64,000 nt of DNA, taken from NCBI RefSeq assembly GCF_011045215.1, contig NZ_CP049201.1. One strand, given 5' to 3'. Positions within the stretch are counted from its first letter, which is position 1. Each line of letters begins with the position of its first letter. The notes below the pieces were generated by a model that did no database searches, was not told where the DNA came from, and saw only the letters and a list, made by a program, of their open reading frames with translations. Source of the stretch: Escherichia coli. Its GTDB lineage: Bacteria > Pseudomonadota > Gammaproteobacteria > Enterobacterales > Enterobacteriaceae. This document shows, piece by piece, positions 52,780 to 64,000 of this stretch. The position numbers and the translations under genes are program-made.

Positions 52780-53922
52780 TTAATCCATTAACGGAAACCA
52801 GCCAGTTCCTTTCGATGCCTGAATTTGATCCCATAGTTTATCCGGAATGGTTAATTCAGGAACAAGTTGTGGATTAAGGGTTGTTTGAATTTCATGGCCT
52901 CTACCTGATTCAGCTAAAGTCACCCATTCTGGATTTATCACCAGCCCTTTACCGATCGCAACAAGTGGCAGGCCAGTGGAAATTGCTTCTTGAGCCTGAG
53001 ACGGTGTGCGTATTTTACCTGCAGCGATTACCGGCACTCTGCCTGCAATATGATTTAAAATCAATTCAATAGTTCGGGGGCCATTTGGCGACTCAACAGG
53101 GTAGCTATCGTTAATACTGACCAGCGAGGTATGTATATACGAAATACCGGATGAAATGAGCCGATCAAGGAGTTTATAAGTATCCTCTATCCGCAGCCCC
53201 CCTGTTGCAGATTCTTCAGGAGATATTCTGTAACCGATGGCAAAGGGCTTTGTCGCATATTCATAGACTACATTTTTTACTTCCTGTAATACGGCCAGCG
53301 GGAAGCGCATACGTCCTTCGAGATCTCCTCCCCATCGGTCATTACGCTGGTTAAATAGAGGGGAGAAGAAATTCTGTAGAAGGAATCCGTGCGCACCATG
53401 AAGTTCAATGCCATCAAAACCTGCTTTAATCGCCCTTTTTGTGACATCTCCGAATGCTCTAATGGTTTCCTGAATTTCGTTTTCAGTCATTTCCCTGCTT
53501 TGTACCACTCTCTTCATAAAGTCACCAGATTTTACGCTTGATGCGCTGGCACTAATAACATCGTTATTTGGTACAAGCTCCGGGATGGCTTTATTACCGG
53601 CGTGGAAAATCTGCAAAATAGCCGGAGCACCCCCACTTTTGGCTGCCGCTGCTAACTTTTCAAGGCTGTTAATGAAACGGTCGTCATACGCGGCAAATTC
53701 ATGAGTAAACCCAATGCCGCTTGGCGTGACATAGGTACATCCTGTTATTACTAAACCAACATTTTGTGAGCGGCGTTTATAAAATTCGAGTTCTTGCTCA
53801 GAGATGGTTCCATCAGGATTCGCTGACCAGGTCGTCATAGGAGCCATAACGATACGATTACGTAGCTTTATTTTTTCTGTCAGCATAAAAGGAGAAAACA
53901 ATGATGGGTGTTTATTTGTCAT
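52780..53922 (-). CDS. Old Yellow Enzyme family NADH:flavin oxidoreductase
   Basis: 380 aa; sequence character of the OYE/NemA-like TIM-barrel flavoenzymes. Confidence 0.8.
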   Translation of the reverse strand: MTNKHPSLFSPFMLTEKIKLRNRIVMAPMTTWSANPDGTISEQELEFYKRRSQNVGLVITGCTYVTPSGIGFTHEFAAYDDRFINSLEKLAAAAKSGGAPAILQIFHAGNKAIPELVPNNDVISASASSVKSGDFMKRVVQSREMTENEIQETIRAFGDVTKRAIKAGFDGIELHGAHGFLLQNFFSPLFNQRNDRWGGDLEGRMRFPLAVLQEVKNVVYEYATKPFAIGYRISPEESATGGLRIEDTYKLLDRLISSGISYIHTSLVSINDSYPVESPNGPRTIELILNHIAGRVPVIAAGKIRTPSQAQEAISTGLPLVAIGKGLVINPEWVTLAESGRGHEIQTTLNPQLVPELTIPDKLWDQIQASKGTGWFPLMD

Positions 53923-54156
53923 AACAATACCTCAAATGTTTATCTGATTTTGATGCGTATGTTTTAACTGGTTAGTTGTTGCCAGCTTTGGAACCAAGAG
54001 TTCTGGCTTTATTTATAATCCCTTTAAAGGGTTTCTAATAATTGAGTTGCTGCTTTTTTGTTTTTTAATGAAATTTCTTTTTGAGTAATTTTATTATTGT
54101 TGTGTAGTCAATAAAGGATAAATGTCAGGGAGATAAGGAATCTCCCTGTAAAATTA

Positions 54157-55077
54157 TTACAAATGTGTTTTATAAAAAGGAATTAATTTATCGAGTGCCT
54201 GTTTTACAGGTTCTGGCTTATCATACAGGTCGTAATGTGAATAACCTTCAACCACGACCAGCTCTTTATGTTTTGAAGCAGCGCGGCCAATAATTTCGCA
54301 GCCGTCACGGTAGGCACCAAATGCGCCCACTCTATCGCCCACCACAACCATTATTGGTTGAGTTAACAGGACTTCTGCAAGATGAAATGCATCCCAACCC
54401 ACGGCAACAGTCTGATGTGAGAATAGCGAACGATTTACCCCATTAGGTGCATAGCCTCGTGGCGAACGATAATATTCTGTGGCTTCAAAAAGGTCTATTT
54501 CTGTTAATCCCGCTTCAAGAGCTGCATCCGGAGAAGAGGGGAGTAAATCATCTACGCGAAGTTTTGCGCCGTTAGCTTCGTCTGTTCTTTGTTGCGCCAT
54601 TGCTTCGAGTGCTCCGATAGGATTAAACGCTGTAAATCCCTCACGCATAAGACGCCCGTAGTTTGCACCCGTGACAGTACCAATAGCTTTAATTCGACGT
54701 TCTGTCATTGCGGCATTAATGGCATATCCACCTCCACCACAAATACCCAGTACACCAATACGCCCGGCATCAACGTAAGGTAAGCTGGTAAGGTAATCAA
54801 CGACAATGCTGAAGTCTTTTACTCGCATTGTTGGATCTTCCAGATAACGCGGTTCCCCACCGCTGCTTCCCTGAAAACTGGCATCAAAAGCAATGACGAT
54901 AAAGCCAGCTTTTGCCAGGGCGGCACCATACACACTACCCGATGTCTGTTCTTTGCAGCTTCCAATTGGATGGGCGCTGATAATGGCAGGATACTTTTTT
55001 TCACTATTAAAATCGTCAGGGAAATAGATATCAGCAGCTATATCCCAGTAAGTGTGTTTTATCGAAACAGTTTTCAT
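54157..55077 (-). CDS. alpha/beta-hydrolase-fold protein (dienelactone-hydrolase-like)
   Basis: 306 aa; GICGGGG nucleophile-elbow-like motif; paralogous in pattern to 34236-35393 but lacks a signal peptide. Confidence 0.7.
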   Translation of the reverse strand: MKTVSIKHTYWDIAADIYFPDDFNSEKKYPAIISAHPIGSCKEQTSGSVYGAALAKAGFIVIAFDASFQGSSGGEPRYLEDPTMRVKDFSIVVDYLTSLPYVDAGRIGVLGICGGGGYAINAAMTERRIKAIGTVTGANYGRLMREGFTAFNPIGALEAMAQQRTDEANGAKLRVDDLLPSSPDAALEAGLTEIDLFEATEYYRSPRGYAPNGVNRSLFSHQTVAVGWDAFHLAEVLLTQPIMVVVGDRVGAFGAYRDGCEIIGRAASKHKELVVVEGYSHYDLYDKPEPVKQALDKLIPFYKTHL

Positions 55078-55233
55078 TTCAAGCTCCGGGGATTTGCCTA
55101 AACAGATTTAAATATCATTTCTATTATCCGCAACTGGCATTTGTGTTCATATCGAGAACGGCGTAATAGTATGACTTGTATTGGTTATCATCAATGGTCT
55201 AATATCTATCACAGTGTTAAGTTAAGGTTTACA

Positions 55234-56160
55234 ATGATGAAAATAGAGCCTTCAATTTTGCCTTCTCTTGCCTGGTTTGCGCTTATTGTTCGTGCCGGCA
55301 GTTTTTCCAGAGCCGCTTCTGAAATGGGTATTACGCGGGCCGCATTGTCCCAGAATTTAAAATCTCTTGAGGAACGTCTTAACACCAAGCTGATATACCG
55401 TACGACCCGCAATATGTCGCTTACTGAGGAAGGACAGCGTCTGTATGAAGTGCTGGTGTCGGCTTTGGGGCAAATTGATGATGCTTTGAAAGATGTTGGT
55501 GATACCCAACTTGAACCTACAGGCCTGTTGAGAATAAATTCCTCCCGTGTTGCAGCACGGATGCTTGTTGAGCCTCATATTGGCGAGTTTCTTACTCGTT
55601 ACCCCAAAACAAAGATAGAACTCATTATGGATGACGGTTTATCTAACATTATTGCGGACGGCTGTGATGTGGGCATACGTCTTGAGCAAGGACTGGATGA
55701 GCATATGACTGCCGTTCCTGTTGCTCCGCTTATTAAACTGGTTACTGTGGCATCGCCAGATTATTTAAAAGAACACGGTATTCCTGAAACGCCTCAGGAA
55801 CTGAGTAACCATAATTGCCTTCGGTTGCGGCATAAAAGTAGCGGTGCACTCTCTGCATGGGAGTTTTCTAATGTTGCGGGCGGGAATGAAGAGTTCGAAA
55901 TAGAGGTTTCAGGTAAGTATATTTCTAATGATGACGAAAGCATGATACGAATGGCGCTGAATGGAACGGGTATCATTCAACATCTGGATTTTGCAATCGC
56001 TGAACATATCAATGCGGGCAAGTTACAGCCGATTCTTGAGGATTGGGCTGTTTCATTTCCTGGATTTTATATTTATGTTTCATCACGGGTGAGAATGCCC
56101 TCTAAAGTTCGTGCTTTTATTGATTTTATGGTGGAGAAAAGAGTAAAACTCGAAAATTGA
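55234..56160 (+). CDS. LysR-family transcriptional regulator
   Basis: HTH ...FSRAASEMGITRAALSQNLKSLE...; start taken at the ATG for MMKIEPS. Confidence 0.8.
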   Translation: MMKIEPSILPSLAWFALIVRAGSFSRAASEMGITRAALSQNLKSLEERLNTKLIYRTTRNMSLTEEGQRLYEVLVSALGQIDDALKDVGDTQLEPTGLLRINSSRVAARMLVEPHIGEFLTRYPKTKIELIMDDGLSNIIADGCDVGIRLEQGLDEHMTAVPVAPLIKLVTVASPDYLKEHGIPETPQELSNHNCLRLRHKSSGALSAWEFSNVAGGNEEFEIEVSGKYISNDDESMIRMALNGTGIIQHLDFAIAEHINAGKLQPILEDWAVSFPGFYIYVSSRVRMPSKVRAFIDFMVEKRVKLEN

Positions 56161-56300
56161 TGATATGTGTCAGAATATCGGTAAGAAGAATGGCGCAATC
56201 GTGAGGATACGTTTATTCATAATAAATCTCCTGAAAGTTTAGAATTATTTTCGATACAGCCAGATTATCATTGTTACTAATAATGTGGCTAAAATAATAG

Positions 56301-59167
<2,867 letters not shown>

Positions 59168-59717
59168 TTATCGTTCATGAGAAGCATAACGTAAAGAGAA
59201 GAGCTCGATTAGACGGCAGGATTTGTCAGGGGTTATGAACGAAATTCATAAATCTGTTTGAGTGTTGCGATGGGTAGTGCAAGTTCGATATCTCCGCAAT
59301 TTACAGTCCGATAAAGGAAAATTAATATCCATAAAAAATATATCGGTTTATCCTGGCGTATATACCTACTTCGACGTATTTCTAATAGTTGCTAATTAAA
59401 GGCAGGTCATTATTATTCACTCTGAATAATGAATTATTCACTGTCCGCAGAGTAAGAAATATAACTTAAGTATCTATTTAATGACTTGCACAAAAAGCTA
59501 AATTTTCACCCATAAATAAAAATATAATCCCGCGCCCAACCACCTGATGAGTGGCTACAGGCACTGGATATATTAGGTGGCGGTGTACTTTCTTACATAA
59601 AGGTATTTCCTTTTCTGCGGAAAAGGAAACCGGGAAATCCCCGGTTTTTCTGACAAGCAGACGCCATTATTTGTGTCTGCCTATGTTCGTTAATTCGTTC
59701 ATCAGGAAATTATCTCA

Positions 59718-62700
59718 ATGTCACGTTATAAAACAGGTCATAAACAACCACGATTTCGTTATTCAGTTCTGGCCCGCTGCGTGGCGTGGGCAAATATCTC
59801 TGTTCAGGTTCTTTTTCCACTCGCTGTCACCTTTACCCCAGTAATGGCGGCACGTGCGCAGCATGCGGTTCAGCCACGGTTGAGCATGGGAAATACTACG
59901 GTAACTGCTGATAATAATGTGGAGAAAAATGTCGCGTCGTTTGCCGCAAATGCCGGGACATTTTTAAGCAGTCAGCCAGATAGCGATGCGACACGTAACT
60001 TTATTACCGGAATGGCCACAGCTAAAGCTAACCAGGAAATACAGGAGTGGCTCGGGAAATACGGTACTGCGCGCGTCAAACTGAATGTCGATAAAGATTT
60101 CTCGCTGAAGGATTCTTCGCTGGAAATGCTTTATCCGATTTATGATACGCCGACAAATATGTTGTTCACTCAGGGGGCAATACATCGTACAGACGATCGT
60201 ACTCAGTCAAATATTGGTTTTGGCTGGCGTCATTTTTCAGGAAATGACTGGATGGCGGGGGTGAACACCTTTATCGACCATGATTTATCCCGTAGTCATA
60301 CCCGCATTGGTGTTGGTGCGGAATACTGGCGCGATTATCTGAAACTGAGCGCCAATGGTTATATTCGGGCTTCTGGCTGGAAAAAATCGCCGGATATTGA
60401 GGATTATCAGGAACGCCCGGCGAATGGTTGGGATATCCGCGCAGAGGGCTATTTACCTGCCTGGCCGCAGCTTGGCGCAAGCCTGATGTATGAACAGTAT
60501 TATGGCGATGAAGTCGGGCTGTTTGGTAAAGATAAGCGCCAGAAAGACCCGCATGCTATTTCTGCCGAGGTGACCTATACGCCAGTGCCTCTTCTGACAC
60601 TGAGCGCCGGGCATAAGCAGGGCAAGAGCGGTGAGAATGACACTCGCTTTGGCCTGGAAGTTAACTACCGAATTGGCGAACCTTTGGCGAAACAACTCGA
60701 TACGGATAGCATTCGCGAGCGTCGGGTACTGGCAGGCAGCCGCTATGACCTGGTTGAGCGTAATAACAACATCGTTCTTGAGTACCGCAAATCTGAAGTG
60801 ATCCGTATTGCTCTGCCTGAGCGTATTGAAGGTAAGGGCGGTCAGACACTTTCCCTGAGGCTTGTGGTCAGCAAAGCAACTCACGGACTGAAAAATGTGC
60901 AGTGGGAAGCGCCGTCATTACTGGCTGAAGGTGGCAAAATTACCGGTCAGGGTAGTCAGTGGCAAGTAACGCTCCCTGCTTATCGTCCAGGCAAAGACAA
61001 TTATTATGCGATTTCTGCGGTTGCCTACGATAACAAAGGCAATGCCTCAAAACGCGTGCAGACAGAGGTGGTCATTACCGGAGCAGGTATGAGCGCCGAT
61101 CGCACGGCGTTAACGCTTGACGGTCAGAGCCGTATTCAAATGCTTGCTAACGGTAATGAGCAAAAACCGCTGGTGCTGTCTCTGCGCGACGCCGAGGGCC
61201 AGCCAGTCACGGGCATGAAAGATCAGATCAAGACTGAACTAGCCTTCAAACCGGCTGGAAATATTGTGACTCGTTCCCTGAAGGCCGCTAAATCACAGGC
61301 AAAGCCAACACTGGGTGAGTTCACCGAAACTGAAGCAGGGGTGTATCAGTCTGTCTTTACTACCGGAACGCAGTCAGGTGAGGCAACGATTACTGTTAGC
61401 GTTGATGGCATGAGCAAAACCGTCACTGCAGAACTGCGGGCCACGATGATGGATGTGGCAAACTCCACCCTGAGCGCTAACGAGCCGTCAGGTGACGTGG
61501 TTGCTGATGGTCAGCAAGCCTATACGTTGACGTTGACTGCGGTGGACTCCGAGGGTAATCCGGTGACGGGAGAAGCCAGCCGCTTGCGATTTGTTCCGCA
61601 AGACACTAATGGTGTAACCGTTGGTGCCATTTCGGAAATAAAACCAGGCGTTTACAGCGCCACGGTTTCTTCGACCCGTGCCGGAAACGTTGTTGTGCGT
61701 GCTTTCAGCGAGCAGTATCAGCTGGGCACATTACAACAAACGCTGAAGTTTGTTGCCGGGCCGCTTGATGCAGCACATTCGTCCATCACCCTGAATCCTG
61801 ATAAACCGGTGGTTGGGGGGACAGTTACGGCAATCTGGACGGTAAAAGATGCCTATGACAACCCTGTGACCAGCCTCACGCCGGAAGCGCCGTCATTAGC
61901 GGGTGCCGCTGCTGTAGGTTCTACGGCATCGGGCTGGACAAATAATGGTGATGGGACGTGGACTGCGCAGATTACTCTCGGCTCTACGGCGGGTGAATTA
62001 GAAGTTATGCCGAAGCTAAATGGACAGGATGCGGCAGCAAATGCGGCAAAAGTAACCGTGGTGGCTGATGCGTTATCTTCAAACCAGTCGAAAGTCTCTG
62101 TCGCAGAAGATCACGTAAAAGCCGGCGAAAGCACAACCGTGACGCTTATTGCAAAAGATGCACATGGCAACGCTATCAGTGGTCTTTCGTTGTCGGCAAG
62201 TTTGACGGGGACCGCCTCTGAAGGGGCGACCGTTTCCAGTTGGACCGAAAAAGGTGACGGTTCCTATGTTGCTACGTTGACTACAGGCGGAAAGACGGGC
62301 GAGCTTCGTGTCATGCCGCTCTTCAACGGCCAGCCAGCCGCCACCGAAGCCGCGCAGTTGACGGTCATCGCCGGAGAGATGTCATCAGCGAACTCTACGC
62401 TTGTTGCGGACAATAAGGCTCCGACCGTCAAAACGACGACGGAACTCACCTTCACCGTGAAGGATGCGTACGGGAACCCGGTCACCGGGCTGAAGCCAGA
62501 TGCACCAGTGTTTAGCGGTGCCGCCAGCACGGGGAGTGAGCGTCCTTCAGCAGGAAACTGGACAGAGAAAGGTAATGGGGTCTACGTGGCGACCTTAACG
62601 CTGGGATCTGCCGCGGGTCAGTTGTCTGTGATGCCGCGAGTGAACGGCCAAAATGCCGTTGCTCAGCCACTGGTGCTGAACGTTGCAGGTGACGCATCTA

Positions 62701-63971
62701 AGGCTGAGATTCGTGATATGACAGTGAAGGTTAATAACCAACTGGCTAATGGACAGTCTGCTAACCAGATAACCCTGACCGTTGTGGACAGCTATGGTAA
62801 CCCGTTGCAGGGGCAAGAAGTTACGCTGACTTTACCGCAGGGTGTGACCAGCAAGACGGGGAATACAGTAACAACCAATGCGGCAGGGAAAGTGGACATT
62901 GAGCTTATGTCAACGGTTGCGGGAGAACACAATATTTCCGCTTCGGTGAATGGTGCTCAGAAGACGGTCACGGTGAAATTCAACGCGGATGCCAGCACCG
63001 GTCAGGCAAACCTGCAGGTAGACACCGCCGTTCAAAAAGTGGCAAACGGCAAAGATGCCTTTACGCTGACGGCGACCGTTGAGGATAAAAATGGTAACCC
63101 TGTTCCAGGGAGCCTGGTGACCTTTAATCTGCCCCGGGGTGTCAAGCCGCTTATAGGCGATAATGTCTGGGTGAAAGCCAACGATGAGGGGAAAGCCGAG
63201 TTGCAGGTGGTTTCAGTGACTGCCGGAACGTATGAGATCACGGCATCGGCAGGGAATAGCCAGCCTTCGGATACGCAGACTATAACGTTTGTAGCCGATA
63301 AGGCTACCGCAACCGTCTCCGGTATTGAGGTGATGGGCAACTATGCGCTGGCGGACGGCAAAGCCAAACAAACGTATAAAGTTACGGTGACTGATGCCAA
63401 TAACAATTTGGTGAAAGATAGCGACGTGACGCTAACTGCCAGCCCGGCTTCGTTAAACCTGGAACCGAATGGCACTGCGACAACGAATGAGCAAGGGCAG
63501 GCTATTTTCACCGCCACCACTACTGTTGCGGCGACATATAAACTCACGGCGCAAGTGAGTCAGACCAACGGTCAGGTATCAACGAAAACTGCCGAATCTA
63601 AATTCGTCGCGGATGATAAAAACGCGGTGCTCACCGCATCATCTGATATGCAATCTCTGGTGGCGGATGGGAAATCGACTGCGAAGCTGGAGGTGACCCT
63701 GATGTCGGCAAATAACCCCGTTGGCGGGAATATGTGGGTCGACATTCAGACGCCGGAAGGGGTGACGGAGGAGGATTATCAGTTCCTGCCGTCGAAAAAT
63801 GACCATTTCGTGAGCGGAAAAATCACGCGTACATTTAGTACCAGCAAGCCTGGTGTCTATACATTCACATTTAACGCCCTGACCTATGGCGGGTACGAAA
63901 TGAAGCCAGTGACGGTGACCATTACCGCGGTGGATGCCAATACGGCAACGGGCGAGGAGGCGATGAAATAA
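59718..63971 (+). CDS. fdeC: intimin/invasin-like inverse autotransporter adhesin FdeC (EaeH), apparently intact
   Basis: 1417 aa; N-terminal beta-barrel region followed by many repeated Ig-like segments (...TLTAVDSEGNPVTG..., ...TVKDAYGNPVTGL...); conserved position after ykgM. Confidence 0.85.
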   Translation: MSRYKTGHKQPRFRYSVLARCVAWANISVQVLFPLAVTFTPVMAARAQHAVQPRLSMGNTTVTADNNVEKNVASFAANAGTFLSSQPDSDATRNFITGMATAKANQEIQEWLGKYGTARVKLNVDKDFSLKDSSLEMLYPIYDTPTNMLFTQGAIHRTDDRTQSNIGFGWRHFSGNDWMAGVNTFIDHDLSRSHTRIGVGAEYWRDYLKLSANGYIRASGWKKSPDIEDYQERPANGWDIRAEGYLPAWPQLGASLMYEQYYGDEVGLFGKDKRQKDPHAISAEVTYTPVPLLTLSAGHKQGKSGENDTRFGLEVNYRIGEPLAKQLDTDSIRERRVLAGSRYDLVERNNNIVLEYRKSEVIRIALPERIEGKGGQTLSLRLVVSKATHGLKNVQWEAPSLLAEGGKITGQGSQWQVTLPAYRPGKDNYYAISAVAYDNKGNASKRVQTEVVITGAGMSADRTALTLDGQSRIQMLANGNEQKPLVLSLRDAEGQPVTGMKDQIKTELAFKPAGNIVTRSLKAAKSQAKPTLGEFTETEAGVYQSVFTTGTQSGEATITVSVDGMSKTVTAELRATMMDVANSTLSANEPSGDVVADGQQAYTLTLTAVDSEGNPVTGEASRLRFVPQDTNGVTVGAISEIKPGVYSATVSSTRAGNVVVRAFSEQYQLGTLQQTLKFVAGPLDAAHSSITLNPDKPVVGGTVTAIWTVKDAYDNPVTSLTPEAPSLAGAAAVGSTASGWTNNGDGTWTAQITLGSTAGELEVMPKLNGQDAAANAAKVTVVADALSSNQSKVSVAEDHVKAGESTTVTLIAKDAHGNAISGLSLSASLTGTASEGATVSSWTEKGDGSYVATLTTGGKTGELRVMPLFNGQPAATEAAQLTVIAGEMSSANSTLVADNKAPTVKTTTELTFTVKDAYGNPVTGLKPDAPVFSGAASTGSERPSAGNWTEKGNGVYVATLTLGSAAGQLSVMPRVNGQNAVAQPLVLNVAGDASKAEIRDMTVKVNNQLANGQSANQITLTVVDSYGNPLQGQEVTLTLPQGVTSKTGNTVTTNAAGKVDIELMSTVAGEHNISASVNGAQKTVTVKFNADASTGQANLQVDTAVQKVANGKDAFTLTATVEDKNGNPVPGSLVTFNLPRGVKPLIGDNVWVKANDEGKAELQVVSVTAGTYEITASAGNSQPSDTQTITFVADKATATVSGIEVMGNYALADGKAKQTYKVTVTDANNNLVKDSDVTLTASPASLNLEPNGTATTNEQGQAIFTATTTVAATYKLTAQVSQTNGQVSTKTAESKFVADDKNAVLTASSDMQSLVADGKSTAKLEVTLMSANNPVGGNMWVDIQTPEGVTEEDYQFLPSKNDHFVSGKITRTFSTSKPGVYTFTFNALTYGGYEMKPVTVTITAVDANTATGEEAMK

Positions 63972-64000
63972 TATTAAGAGTATGAAAGTAACATTCTAAT

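Noticed and set aside
59718-63971. Repetitive structure of the adhesin gene considered as a DNA tandem repeat
   Set aside because: The repetition is at the protein-domain level (Ig-like modules) with divergent nucleotide sequence; it is one continuous ORF.

Overview
Enterobacterial (E. coli-type) chromosome segment with three parts. (A) 1-15.8 kb: the 3' two-thirds of a tailed prophage with an e14/Mu-like contractile tail (capsid C-terminus, connector, sheath, tube, tape measure, baseplate, then an invertible tail-fibre segment with a Pin/Gin invertase). It ends in a two-gene GIY-YIG cassette and a tRNA-Ser 3' fragment. (B) 16-30.2 kb: an AppY/EnvY-like AraC regulator and an IS2 remnant, then a thrW (tRNA-Thr) 3' fragment followed by a P4-like integrative satellite/island (P4-type integrase, AlpA, a P2 GpN-like capsid gene, a repressor/operator switch, a coupled operon of small unknown genes, alpha-type primase, iterons) carrying a nested P2-like integrase / Ogr-Delta / YefM-YoeB module. 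(C) 30.3-64 kb: chromosomal backbone (LysR/SDR genes, paoDCBA, yagU, ykgJ, ecpEDCBA-ecpR, Zur-regulated ykgM-ykgO, strain-specific redox genes, fdeC/eaeH). The best candidates for an undescribed system are the GIY-YIG pair sitting where e14 carries mcrA, and the satellite's capsid-like genes and unknown coupled operon. All calls rest on reading the sequence and recalling protein families; no searches were run.
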